In this document: positions 22,349-35,412 of the stretch, in pieces
How positions within the stretch are numbered: the stretch's first letter is position 1
Layout of the letters: every line of letters begins with the position of its first letter
Assembly (NCBI GenBank): GCA_048772705.1
Contig: JBLWGC010000217.1
Span: 26,455-90,454 of the forward strand
Reading direction: 5' to 3'
Length of the DNA: 64,000 bases
From: Leidyana gryllorum EB-2025a
Taxonomy: Eukaryota > Protista > Apicomplexa
Notes under the pieces: model-generated
The model's database searches: none
The model's input: the letters and a program-made list of their open reading frames with translations, nothing else
What the model was told of the DNA's origin: nothing
Position numbers and translations under genes: made by a program

Positions 22349-24981
22349 GAAGACACACTTGGTTTTCCCACCATTCCAGGGATTCACGCTTGAGTTGCTG
22401 TCTGACCGCACGACAACTGCTGGATCTGCACCAGCCCGGCCCAGGCCCTGTAGAGATCAAATCTTCTCCCCTTCCCCACTCGGGCAAGTTGGCAACTGTC
22501 GAACTTAGTAACAGATTCCATCCGTATTCGTCGTAGAATGCTGGGGCTTCTTCGGGTCGAGGGCAACTCTGTATCGCAGATCCACTGCCTTGGTCACGTC
22601 CGGGCTCGAACCGGGGACCTTGAGCTTATTAGGCTCACGCTCTAACCGACTGAGCTACGCGACCGCCTCCGACGACAGATGGCACCGATTCACTTACTTG
22701 ATGCCTCTGCGTCGCCACTGCAATCCTTAGCATGTACTGCTGGTGTTTTGAGCCCAGCCGCCTACTCCGATGATCGCAGCACACGACAACTGCTGGACTT
22801 GAACCAGCGCGGGCCAGGCACAGTAGATTTCTAGTCTACCCCCTTAACCACTCGGGCAAGTTGCCGCTGTCGAACTTGGCATTTTGCGGCCAGTGGCTTC
22901 ACATACGATTCAGCCAGCTTTCCTAGGACTGCTCGCGCCGCCCGAACCCGCGGTTCTCCCTTCAAAAGTCTTGCGCTCTACCGACGGAGTTGGGGCGGCG
23001 AGGATGCTCGCCCCGTACCCGAGGAAGGCACAGGATTCCACGATCAATACAAATGGAATTGGTTACTAAGTCCGAATTTGTATCAGAGATCCACTCACTT
23101 GATCACGCCGATACCATCTTTTCCAAGACACGGCTCTCGGCCGCCGACATACGTCAATAGTGACTGATTCTTGATCTTCGGCCTGGATTGCCTTCTTAGG
23201 GGCAGAGCATTCGCAGGTCGCCGGTTCGATTCCGGCAGACGGTACGGCTAGCCACGAAGCCGCAAGTTTGGAACCTGCCAGTACCTGAGGCACCCACAGA
23301 ACAGCCCGTCTGATAGTTGTTGACGCAACAAGGCACTCGCCCCATCCCGAGACAATGTCCCTGACAGCTAAGACAGGATCTGAGTTGTTGACTCAACAGG
23401 CTACAACCCGACCATTCGCCCAGACGCTACTGGGACTCGAACCCAAAATCCCCGGTTCCGTAGACCGATGCCATATCCATTAGGCCATAGCGCCGACTAA
23501 CGGAGCCGTCAAATGGAAGTGTGTAGCGATCCAGAGAGGACATGGGCAGCTACGCCCGATCGTGGGTTTGGACAGGCTTCACCTACATCTCCCATTCGAG
23601 ACATCGGTGGACATACTATCCAAGCCAGGATTCGGGCCTGGGTATGCACGGCCACAACTTGCTGTTGTAAGCACCAGACGACCCGGACGATCTTCAAGTG
23701 AGGCTGGTATGTCGGCGTGATCAAGTGAGTGGATCTCTGATACAGATTGGGACTTAGTAACCAATTCCATTTGTATTGATCGTGGAATCTTGGGCCTTCC
23801 TCGGGTACGGGGCGAGCTTCCTTGCCGCCCCAACTCCGTCAGTAGACCGCAAGACTTTTGAAGGGAGATCCGCGGGTTTGGGCGGCGCGAGCAGTCCCAG
23901 TAAAGCTCGCGGAACCGTATGTGAAGCCACTGGCCGCAAAATGCCAAGTTCGACAGCGGCAACTTGCCCGAGTGGTTAAGGGGGTAGACTAGAAATCTAC
24001 TGTGCCTGGCCCGCGCTGGTTCAAATCCAGCAGTTGTCGTGCGATGTGATCGGAGGGTCAAACACCAACTCACGCATGAAACTCAACCATGTGCCATCTT
24101 CTCTGCATCTGCCGGGAATCGAACCTGGGTCGTCTCGGTGGCAACCACACAGTCTACCACTAAACCACAGATGCGTGACATCTCCATTCCTGAATACAAA
24201 GCGAAGGGTCTTGACTAGTCCAGGCCGTCCAACTTAGGCCGATACATAAAAACCAGGCTCATCGGATACGTGGTTCCAGAGACACACGCCCCTTTCGCAG
24301 TCGGGAAGCTCCGTGCAGCCATCTAGTGGTCACGACGTCTGTTTAACACCCAAAAGGTCCCGAGTTCCATCCTCGGTGGCTGTAACACGCATCGTTCAGG
24401 TGAGCAAGAGCGGAAGACGATCTATCTCCGAGGCCGGGAATCGAACCCGGGTCTTCCGCGTGACAGGCGCAAATACTAACCGCTATACTATCTCGAGAAT
24501 CAAAGGAAAGAATCCTAAGCGAAATCAACTGTGCCCCGAGACCGGGGAACGAACCCTGGTCTTCCGCGTGACAGGCGGACATACACGCCGGCCTCCAATC
24601 CCAGAAGTCTTTCTATTTTGACTCACGATCAGAAAACGTGTAAAGCGGCGAGCCAAGAGCACTCCGGCAAGATGGCCGAGTGGTCTAAGGCGCTGTGTTA
24701 AGGCCGCAGTCCAAAGGGCGAGGATCTGGGGTTGAGCCTTTCGAACCCCGGGGCAGTTGGACGGCCGGGGGTAGCTCAGTTGGTAGAGCATCTGACTGTT
24801 GTGCTGGCATGTAGAGGGGTCATCGGCAAACTACTACTCAACCTGATGGACAGCGTTGATAGGCCAACTAGACTACTCCCGCGAGGGTTCCATCTATGTA
24901 GTTCGGATGGGCTGGGAATCGATCCCAGAACCTTTCGTATACTAAGCCACCGTTTCATCATCTGAGCTAGCCTCCTTCTAT

Positions 24982-25081
24982 GACTACCTCATGGCATTGA
25001 GTGGTACTTCACATAGTGATACGAGTCTCTCGACTACCTCATGGCATTGAGTGATACTTCACCTAGTGATACGAGTCTCTC
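24982..25081 (+). repeat. 50-bp tandem duplication in spacer
   Basis: gactacctcatggcattgagt...acgagtctctc x2. Confidence 0.85.
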
Positions 25082-25781
25082 GACTGTACCCAGCGGGTTG
25101 AACCACCGACCAGTCGGCTGTTTGGTCTAGTGGTATGATCCTTCCTCAGGGTGGAGGCAGTCCTGGTTCGATTCCCAGAACAGCCCTCTTGGTCGTGGGT
25201 TGACCCGACGGGACAAGTTGCCCTCAGAAACAACACAACCACCTCGTTAGCCCACTTGGGTAGGGCAGTCAGGGTAACTACCATCTCAAGAATCGCATTT
25301 CGGCTACCTCTTCCATGTTGCAGACTGAGCATTGTAGCTCAGTGGAAGAGTGTTGGGCTCATAACCCAAAGGTCCGTCGATCGAAACGACGCACTGCTAA
25401 GTGTGCGCAGAAGCGAAACAGTTATAGAATAGATTTTCTCGTGAGCAAAGCCTTCTGCCGGAATCGAACCGGCGACCTTTCGCTTACTAAGCGAATGCTC
25501 TGCCCCTAAGCTAAGAAGGCAATATCAGCTGGTAATCACGCATCAGTCACTATTGACGGAAGTTACTGGAGCACATTGTTCCACCAGTCAATCCTTCCAC
25601 TGCTCCACCCAAGGGCAAATAGGGTGTAACTAAGTTTAGAGCTTCCTTGCCGCCCTAGCTCAGTCGGTAGAGCGCAAGACTTTTAATCTTGCAGTCGCGG
25701 ATTCGAGCCCCGCGGACGGTGCAAATCAATGTCTCTGGGAGTAGGAATGGAACCGTTGCCTACAAGCACACTCAGCTGGAT

Positions 25782-25854
25782 TTCCACTGCCGGGACTTGA
25801 ACCCGGATCGTGCGGGTGAGAGCCGCATATCCTAGCCACTTAGACTACAGTGGA
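25782..25854 (-). tRNA. trnE: tRNA-Glu(CTC)
   Basis: intact consensus copy. Confidence 0.9.
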
Positions 25855-26333
25855 CAACTCCCTCAGCTGCAGCTTTAGCCGAGAGCCGTACCCTCGTGAC
25901 AAGACGTGGTCTACAACAAAGGGGTTGCAGAATCCTGCGGTAGAAAGCGGAGGGTCTCTTTACTGACCTCTGAAACATTGTCGCTGGGTCTTGTAGCTCG
26001 GTCGGCAGAGCGTGTGGCTGTTAACCACAAACCCGCCGGTTCGAAACCTGCCAGGACCGGTTTTAGAGGCACCCTAGACACTGACTGCGCTGCTCTCCCA
26101 ATGGCACTTGTGGTCTGCGACCCTTCAAAGATGTAAGGTTGGGTTTGGCTCCCGCCACGTACAGCCGTAGCGTACTTTGGACGACCTGGGCATCGATCCC
26201 AGTACCTCTCGCATGCTAAGCGAGCGCTCTACCATTTGAGCTAGTCGCCCATTGAGCAAACCCCAGTACATCCAGTTCTTTTTTACATGGTATGACCAGT
26301 CTCTCCACTTTGCACAAACGAAGCCACGCAGGA

Positions 26334-26406
26334 AACGGCTGGAGGGACCCGAATACTCAACCTTCGCCTTAGGAGGGCAACGCGCTATGCATTGCGGCAC
26401 AACCGC
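26334..26406 (-). pseudogene. trnR: tRNA-Arg(CCT), degenerate D/T arms; second copy about 36459-36531
   Basis: TTGCC-CT CCT AA-GGCGA; T arm GAGTA-TTCGGGT-CCCTC. Confidence 0.75.
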
Positions 26407-26487
26407 ATTCGCAACCCATCCACCGAGCTGCCCCAAGGTGTCTCCTCTTACACCTAACTAGTATCGAGATGACCGAAGCTTGTCTAT

Positions 26488-26560
26488 GGTGCGGTGGCCT
26501 AATGGATAGGGCATCGGTCTTCGGAACCGGGAGTTGTGGGTTCGAGTCCCATCCGCATCA
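26488..26560 (+). tRNA. trnR: tRNA-Arg(TCG); second copy 36613-36685
   Basis: TCGGT-CT TCG GA-ACCGG. Confidence 0.85.
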
Positions 26561-27691
26561 TAGCCTCTCACGCGAAAGACGTTCCGCAAGCTTGCTAGCT
26601 GTATGGGGAGCCACTGCCGCGCATGTCGAGTTGGAGTGCTCGTGATATGATTTTCCTTCCCTTGGAGAGTGCCTCTGAAACCGGTCCTGGCAGGTTTCGA
26701 ACCTGCGACTTTGTGGTTAACAGCCACACGCTCTCCTGAGCTACTTAGACCCAGCTACAATGTTTCAGAGTGGCACGCTCTGCCGACTGAGCTACAAGAC
26801 CCAGCTACAATGTTTCAGAGGTTAGTATAGAGATCCTCCCTTATTCTAGCGCAGGATTCTGCAATCACGTCTTGTCAAGAGGGTACGGCTCTCGGCTAAA
26901 GCTGCAGCTGAGGGAGTTGTCCACTGTAGTCTAAGTGGCTAGGATATGTGGCTTTCACCCGCACGATCCGGGTTCAAGTCCCGGCAGTGGAAATCCAGCT
27001 GAGTGTGCTTGCAGGCAACAGGCCAGTACCTGAGGCACCCACAGGGGGCCAGACCAGCTGAGACAAAATCTGAGTTGCAGCAGTTGTGAGGGGCTGGAAC
27101 TGCTCTGAGACCGGGAATCGAACCCGGGTCTTCCGAGTGACAGGCGGAAATACTAACCACTATACTATCTCAAATGCTCTGAATACGCCGGCCTCCAACC
27201 CCAAAAGTTCTTCCATTATGAGATTCCAAGCACAGAAAACGCGTGGAGCGATGAACCAACAACACTGTGGCAAGATGGCCGAGATGTCTGAGGCGCTGTG
27301 CTCAGACCGCAGTCCGAAAGGGCGAGGATCTCGGGTTGAGCCTTTCGGACCCCCGGAGCAGTTGGACGGCCGGGGGTTGCTCAGTTGGTAGAGCATCTGA
27401 CTGTAGTGCTGGCATCAGATAGTCGGCGGTTCGATTCCGTCCCACCGGAAGTAGAGTGGTGATTGGCAAAGTACTAGACAGCGTTGATAGGCCAACCAGA
27501 CTACTCTGGCGAGGGTTCCATCTATGTAGTTCGGATGGGCTGAGAATCGATCCCGGAACCTTTCGTATACCAAGCACCGTTTCATCATCTGGGCTAGCCT
27601 CCCGCTGTGCAGACCGCATCGCATTTCTTGATTCTCGACATAGTATGACCACTCTCTCGACTGCACCCAACGGATTGCACCACCGACAGGC

Positions 27692-27763
27692 GGCTGTTTG
27701 GTCTAGTGGTATGATTCTTCCTTTGGGTGGAAGAAGTCCTGGGTTCGATTCCCAGAACAGCCC
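27692..27763 (+). tRNA. trnP: tRNA-Pro(TGG)
   Basis: CTTCC-TT TGG GT-GGAAG. Confidence 0.9.
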
Positions 27764-27896
27764 TCTTGGTTGTCGGTTGACCCGATGGGATAAGCAGTTT
27801 TAGAAGTAACACAGCCACCTCGTTACCACTTCGGCACTCAAGGCAATTAACATCTCAAAAATCGCATTTCGGCTCCCTCTTCCATGGTGCAGACTG

Positions 27897-27968
27897 AGCA
27901 GTGTAGCTCAGTGGAAGAGTGTTGGGCTCATAACCCAAAGGTCCGTCGATCGAAACGACGCACTGCTA
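27897..27968 (+). tRNA. trnM: initiator tRNA-Met(CAT)
   Basis: AGCAGTG/CACTGCT-A, T loop ATCGAAA. Confidence 0.92.
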
Positions 27969-28320
27969 AGTGTGCGCAGGAGGGAAACAGTTACAGAATT
28001 GACTGGGTCCCTTCTGCCGGAATCGAGCCGGCGCTTACGAAGCGAACGCTCTGCCCCTAAGCTTAGAAGGCAATGTAAGTCGGAGATAACGAAGCGATGG
28101 CTACTGACGGAGATTAGTGGAGCACTTTGCTCGAGTACTTCAATGACTTCCACTGCCGGGACTTGAACCCGGATCGTGCGGGTGAGAGCCGCATATCCTA
28201 GCCACTTAGACTACAGTGGACAACTCCCTCAGCCGCAGCTTTAGCCGAGAGCCGTAACCTGCCTGGCAAGACATGGTTAATCTGCGGTTCGGGTGATTCT
28301 AACTAACGGAGAAATTGAAG

Positions 28321-28393
28321 GGGAGTGTAGCGCAGTCGGTAGCGCGTAGGTCTCATAATCCTGAAGTCGAGAGTTCGATACTCTCCAGGACCG
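28321..28393 (+). pseudogene. Chimeric elongator Met(5')/Asn(3') tRNA
   Basis: Met body through T arm, then Asn 3' strand CAGGACCG and Asn flank gtttcagaggcacactaaac. Confidence 0.82.
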
Positions 28394-29147
28394 GTTTCAG
28401 AGGCACACTAAACACTGACTGCGCTGCTCTCCCAATGGCACTTGTGGTCTGCGACTCTTCAAAGATGTAAGTTTGTTTGGATCCTGCGACGTGCAGCCGT
28501 ATGTACTTTGGACGACCTGGGTATCGATCCCAGTACCTCTCGCATGCGAAGCGAGCGCACTACCATCTGAGCTAGCCGCCCATGCGCTCTACATGGAAGA
28601 CCTATTGCATCTAGTGGCCTGCGAGGGTCGGAATCGAAACCGCCGACAAACTCATCATGCTATCGTTTTGCATCTGTCTGAATCGCACACGGGTTATCTT
28701 GATGGCAGCGAGAGACTCTTCCACTAGACCACAGATGCAGAACACGATCTTGTGAATCTTGTGCGTGGTGACAGCCATTCCTCTTAACTAATGATAGACC
28801 TAATGATGAACACGCATCAAAGCCTTCTGCCGGAATCGAACCGGCGACTTCTCGGTGACGAAGCGAACGCTCTGCCCCTAAGCTAAGAAGGCAATGTAAG
28901 CCGGGTATAACGAAAAATCGCTATAGACGTAGATTAGTGGAGCACTTTGCTAGAGTAGTTCACTGACTTCCGCTGCCGGAGTTTGAACCCGGATCGTGGG
29001 GGTGAAAGCCGCATATCCTAGCCACTTAGACTACAGTGGACGAGTGGTTGAGTTGGGGCTTCGGCCGAGAGCCGTACCGTCTTGGAAACGCTCCACCTCA
29101 GATCAAGAGGGTACGGCTCTCGGCTAAAGCTGCAGCTGAGGGAGTTG

Positions 29148-29220
29148 TCCACTGTAGTCTAAGTGGCTAGGATATGCGGCTTTCACCCGCACGATCCGGG
29201 TTCAAGTCCCGGCAGTGGAA
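29148..29220 (+). tRNA. trnE: tRNA-Glu(TTC)
   Basis: TGCGG-CT TTC AC-CCGCA. Confidence 0.92.
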
Positions 29221-31760
29221 GTCATTGGACCATTCGAGCAAAGTGCTCCGGTAACCTCCGTCAATAGTGACTGATTCGTGATCTTTGGCTTGCATTGCCT
29301 TCTTAGCTTAGGGGCAGAGCATTCGCTTAGTAAGCGAAAGGTCGCCGGTTCGATTCCGGCAGAAGGCTCGACTGCATCGAATGGGCACCTGCAAGCTTAT
29401 CGCAACTCCAATCATCGTAGCTGAGCCTCGTAGTTCAGCCATCAGAGTGTAAGTCTCTTAGCCACGAAGTCGCAGGTTTGGAACCTGCCAGTACCTGACG
29501 CACCCACAGCGCTCTGTTTGGTCCAGTTATATATTCTTCCTTCGGGTGGAAGAAGTCCTGGGTTCGATTCCCAGAACAGCCAGTCTGGTTTTTGTAGGCT
29601 CAACACGCCAAGACAACATTTGAGTCGTAAGTGCATGGAATTTTCGCCAGATTAACTCCAGTTGGCCCATCAACCCTCTTTGCCAAAACCCATCAGGTTG
29701 AGTAGTAGTTTGCAAACCACCTCTCTACTTCCGGTGAGACGGAATCTAACCGCCGACTATCTGATGCCAGTACTACGGTCAGATGCTCTACCAACTGAGC
29801 TACCCCCGGCCGTCCAACTGCTGCGGGGTTCGACAGGCTCCACCTCAGATCCTCAACGGCGGCACTCTCAATCTCAGAAGTACCGCACGGATTCCAAGGT
29901 GCCAGACTCGAGTTCCGGTGAGATTGGACGACCCACTCGAGCGACCTGGGAGAGCTGTGGCATCCAGTGGCTGACCGACTGCCCATACAACGGCTGACAA
30001 GAGTAGATTCGAACTTACGCCCTTTCGGACTGCGGCCTTAGCACAGCGCCTTGGACCACTCGACCATCTCGCCGGAGTGTTTTTGCCTTGCCCTCTGAAC
30101 ATTTTTCATCCGTGGGATCTCGAGAATGGAAAGACTGTCGTGTTGAAGGCCGGAATTGGAGGCCGGCGCGTTGAGGAGCGTCCGAGATGGTAAAGTGGTT
30201 AGTAAGGGTTCGACGCCCTGTCTCGCTTTGGGTGGCGCTCACTTCACATATTCGAGCTACAGCCACCGAGGATCGAACTCGGGACCTTCTGCGTGTTAAG
30301 CAGACGTCGTGACCACTAGACCATGGCTGCACGGAAGGTCCCGCAGATCAAGAGGAGTGGTGAGGTTTCACAAAGCAGTGAGAATTAGTTGTGAGGTCGC
30401 GCCGGGAATCGAACCCAGATCGGGAGATTCAGAGTCCCCAGTGCTAACCACTACACCACGCAACCCATTCACTCCTTCACAAAAAGAGTTGGTAGAGCCT
30501 CCGGACTAGCCCTCAACCGGACACATGCAACACGCGCATCTCTACTAACCTCTGAGATATTGGAACTGGCTCTTGTACTTTAGTCGGCAGAACGTGTGGT
30601 TGTAAAATACAAACTCGGAGATCCGGTCTCTGAGGCAACCTTCACACATACTGCGGTGCCCAAGTCTATCCAAGGGCTACAGGCACCATTAAAGCTCTCA
30701 ACTCTGTAGTCAAATAGCGCCAGTTGCAGCACTACAAAGTTTGGACGACCTGGACATTGATTCCAGTACCTCTCGCACGCTAAGCGAGCGCTTCACCATT
30801 TGAGCTAGTCCCCCGCTGTGCAGACCCCGTCGCATTTTGTTGATTCTCAACATAGTATGACCACTCTCGCGACTGTGCTCACCGGGTTGCACGACCGACA
30901 GGCGGCTGTTTGGTCTAGTGGTATGATCCTTCCTTAGGGTGGAAGGAGTCCTGGGTTCAATTCCCAGAACAGCCCTCTTGGTTGTCGGTTGACCCGATGG
31001 GATAAGCAGTTTTAGAAGTAACACAGCCACCTCGTTGCCACTTCGGCACTCAAGGCAATTAACATCTCAAGAATCGCATTCCGGCTCCTTCTTCCATCTT
31101 GCAGACTAAGCAGTGTAGCTCAGTGGAAGAGTGTTGGGCTCATAACCCAAAGGTCCGTCGATGGAAACGACGCACTGCTAAGTGTGCGCAGGAGGGAAAC
31201 AGCTATAGGATTGATTGGGTCGTGACCAAAGCCTTCTGCCGGAATCGAACCGGCGACCTTTCGCTTACTAAGCGAATGCTCTACCCCTAAGCTAAGAAGG
31301 CAATGCAAGCCAAAGATCACGAGTCAGTCACTATTGACGGAGGTTACTGGAGCACTTTGCTCGAATGGTCCAGTGACTTCCACTGCCGGGACTTGAACCC
31401 GGATCGTGCGGGTGAAAGCCGCATATCCTAGCCACTTAGACTACAGTGGACGAGTGGTTGAGTTGGGGCTTCGGCCGAGAGCCGTACCGTCTTGGAAAAT
31501 ATGGATATGGAATGTCGGCGTGATCAAGTGAGTGGATCTCTGATACAGATTCGGACTTAGTAACCAATTCCATTTGTATTGATCGTGGAATCTTGGGCCT
31601 CCCCAGGTACAGGGCGAGCTTCCTTGCCGCGCCAGCTCCGTCGGTAGAGCGCAAGACTTTCAATGGAGAGACGGCGGGTTCGGGCAGCGCGAGCAGTCCG
31701 AGTCAAGCTTGCTGAACCGTATGTGAAGCCACTGTCTGCGGAATGCCGAGTTCGGCGATT

Positions 31761-31842
31761 GGCAACTTGCCCGAGTGGTTAAGGGGGTAGACTAGAAATC
31801 TACTGGGCCTGGCCCGCGCTGGTTCAAATCCAGCAGTTGTCG
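31761..31842 (+). tRNA. trnS: tRNA-Ser(AGA)
   Basis: intact consensus copy. Confidence 0.9.
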
Positions 31843-33319
31843 TGCGATGTGGTTGGAGAGGTAAACACCAACTGACACATGAATTTCTGGAAAAAACAAC
31901 AATGTGTCCTCTGCATCTGCCGGGAATCGAACCCGGGTCGTCTCGATGGCAACGAGACATTCTACCACTAGACCACAGATGCGTGACACCTCCATTCCTG
32001 ACCACCAAGTAATGAGTCTGGAGCGGGGGATGGTTTTGGGCCTATGGCCAACGTACCGCGTCTGACTCCAGATCAGAAGGTTGGGTTTTCGAATCACTAT
32101 GGGCTCAATCAGACTCTTTTGTTTTTCCCGTGTCAGGCTCAACCTGACAAGAGTGGGATTCGAACATACGCCCTTTCGGACTGCGGCCTTAACACAGCGC
32201 CTTAGACCACTCGGCCATCTTGCCGAAGTGTTCTTGGCTCTCCACTTTACACGTTTTCTGTTCGTGAAGTCTCGAGAAGGGAGGACTTTTGGGGTTGAAG
32301 GCCGGTGTGTTTGTGAGCCACCGAGATAGTATGGTGGTTAGTATTTCCGCCTGTCACGCGGAAGACCCGGGTTCGATTCCCGGTCTCGGAGATAGATAGT
32401 CTTCCGCTCTAGATTCCGTGATGCTTGCCTGAACGATGCGTGTTACAGCCACCGAGGATTGAACTCGGGACCTTCTGCGTGTTAAGCAGACGTCGTGACC
32501 GCTAGATGGCTGCACGGAGCTTCCGCACTGCCGAAGGGGCGTGTGTCTCTGGAAACGCGTATCCGATGAGCCTGGTTCATATGTACCGGCCTGTACCGGC
32601 CTAAGTTGGATGGCCTGGAGTAGTTAAGACCCTTCGTTCTGTATTCAGGAATGGAGGTGTCGCGCATCTGTGGTTTAGTGGTAGACTGTGTCGTTGCCGC
32701 CTAGACGACCCAGGTTCGATTCCCGCAGTTGCAGAGAAGATGGCAGATGGTTGATTGAGGCACCATTCTGGGGTTTCAGGCTTGCTGTCTGCCCCTCCAA
32801 TCACATCTCGCCCGACAACTGCTGGATTTGAACCAGCGCGGGTCAGGCCCAGTAAATTTCAAGTCTACCCCCTTAACCACTCGGGCAAGTTGCCACCTAT
32901 CGGACTTGGCATCCCGCAGACAGTGGCTTCACGTACGGTTCAGCAAGCTTGACTCATCCCCTGTCTCAAATAAGATAACCAGTCTTTCGAACTCCGCCTG
33001 CCACGTCACTCGACAGCTGCTAGATTCGAACCAGCGGGGCCAGGCGATACTGACGACTCAGGCGTTTGAGACAGTGAGGCTGTGGGTTGTGCGGTGGTGG
33101 CGCAATGGATAGCGTGTTGCCCTCCGGATGCAAAGGTTGTGGGTTCGAGTCCCGCCCACCGTTCTCGTGGTCTCGCTCAACAGTGGAATCGAGAAGAGTG
33201 GCTGCCATTCGGAGCCATGCAGACTTGCGCCATCCAAACTCAAGTTCGGCACCGCGGGCCACCACCCGATCTGTGCACTCTACCCTTTGAGCTAGCGGTC
33301 TCCAACTTCGAGGAGCTAT

Positions 33320-33441
33320 TGCATGCCGTGCTTGATGAGTGGACGATTGCCCATTGAAAATCTGCGGAACGCTGCTGGCATGCATGCCGTGCTTGATGAG
33401 TGGACGATTGCCCATTGAAAATCTGCGGAACGCTGCTGGCA
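33320..33441 (+). repeat. 61-bp perfect tandem duplication
   Basis: tgcatgccgtgcttgatgag...gctgctggca x2; single copy near 6948-7007. Confidence 0.9.
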
Positions 33442-33804
33442 AGCTCGAGTCGCACGGCTGCTAGGGATGACACCAAATGTCACAACCTCTCTGCCTCGGC
33501 CGTGGATCGAAGACGGGACTTTCAGATCTTCAGTCTGGCGCTTTCCCAACTGAGCTACCGAGGCGGTAGGTAGTCACGGGAGGCGGTGAAAATAAGCACT
33601 TATCGCGGCCGTATGTGGGGCCACTCCTCGCCGCATGCCGGAATCGACAGTTGTCAACTTGCCCGAGTAGGGAAGGGGGGATTTCAACTGGGCCTGGGCC
33701 GCGCTGGTGCAGATCCAGCAGTGACACCAACTCACGCATGAATTCTGTGGTGGAAATGATGCTATTCCCAGCATCAAACCCTCATATGGATCGAGACAGC
33801 GAAT

Positions 33805-33876
33805 GCCTTCTTAGCTTAGGGGCAGAGCATTCGCTTAGTAAGCGAAAGGTCGCCGGTTCGATTCCGGCAGAAGGCT
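33805..33876 (+). tRNA. trnT: tRNA-Thr(AGT)
   Basis: intact consensus copy. Confidence 0.9.
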
Positions 33877-35331
33877 TTGCTCGCGAGGCAATCAATTCTA
33901 TAACGGTTCCCCTTCTGCGCACACTTAGCAGTGCGTCTTTTCGATCGACGGACTTTTGGATTATGAGCTCAACACTTTTCACTGAGCTACAGTGCTCAGT
34001 CTGCAACATGGAAGAAATAGCCTAAATGCAATTCTCGGGATGTTAGTTGCCCTGACTGCCCTACCGAAGTGGGCTAATGAAATGCTGTGTTGGTTCTGAG
34101 GGCAACTTGTCCGGTCGGGTCAACCGACGACCAAGAGGGCTGTTCTGGGAATCGAACCCAGGACTCCTTCCACCCCAAGGAAGGATCCAGAACAACAGCC
34201 GAATACTTGGGTGCATACAACCGGATATACAAATGGAGATTCGAATCTACTGTGGCCTTTTCCAGCTTTTTTGGGATGATCGCCGCTGCACAGAATGGGA
34301 TTCCAACCCATGCAGACTTGCGCCTACCAGAACTTGAGTCTGGCCCCTTAGACCACTCGGGCATCTGTGCATTACTTGCCTTCTGAGTTCCAAAGTGTTA
34401 ATGGCTTCCGTTGCGACCGCCAATGTCGTTCTGGCTGCGGTGTGCCGCCCCAAAGTACTCTCACGCCCCGGGGTGCTTAGATGGTAACGTATCTGACTGT
34501 AGTGGTGGCATCAGATATTCCACGAGTAAATTCCGTCCCACCCGAAGTTGAGGAGTGGACTTCTTGCAACGCAGTTCGTCTGACGCTCCTGTTCCATCCC
34601 ATCCTGATCGATGCTTCGCCACCTCCACAGCCTCGCTCAAAGTCCGAGTCGTCTAGTGGGTTAGGACAGCACGTTGTGGCCGTGCAAACCCAGGCTCGAT
34701 TCCTGGCTCGGACAGTATGTCTCCGGTGTCTCGGATGGAAACTCTTGCCCAGTCGACAACGCTTGATCGCGACACACTCTCATTTAACGCCCCCGTTGAT
34801 TGGGAGTATGGCCCAATGGATGTGGCATCGGTCCACGGAAGTGGGGATTGTGTGCTCGAGTCCCAGTAGCGTCTGGCCGAGTGGTCGGGTTTTATGATGC
34901 AACTCAGATTTTGTCTCAGCTGGGCAGACTTCACTCGGGATCGTACGAGTGAGAGCCGCATATCTTAGCCGACCTTGGAGAGACGTGGAGTGAGTCAACA
35001 ATTGTAAGACGGGCTGTTCTGGGAATCGAACCCAGGACTCCTTTCACCCTTAGGAAGGAACATACCACTAGACCAGACAGCGGAATGGGAAGGGGGATAC
35101 AACCGGCTACGTACAGGCGTAAACTCGAAGTGATGGCTAAATCCGCCCTGGAATGATTACCATTGCACAGAATGGGTTCCGCAGCGATGCAGACTTGCGC
35201 CCACCAGAATGCCCTAGTGGGTAAGGCGCTGTCTTCAGACCCCACTCACATGGTCGTTAGTATCTTTCTCCCGCCTTTAAGTTCACTGGCTACCCGAAGA
35301 AACCCCAGACTAATTATTTCGATGCTGCATT

Positions 35332-35412
35332 GCGAGAATGCCCGAGAGGTTAAGGGGGTGGCCTTAAGATCCACTGGTTAATTCCGCGTGGGTTCGAACC
35401 CCACTTCTCGCA
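35332..35412 (+). tRNA. trnL: tRNA-Leu(TAA)
   Basis: matches the 5757-5837 copy. Confidence 0.8.

Larger units (their letters stand above)
25960..28260. repeat. About 2.3-kb block directly duplicated at about 36082-38680, with indels and a swapped segment
   Basis: Near-identical ORFs 26125/36247 and 27086/37499; same Asn-Ala-Arg-Arg-Asn-Glu...Asp-Leu-Tyr-Pro-iMet-Thr-Glu order. Confidence 0.85.
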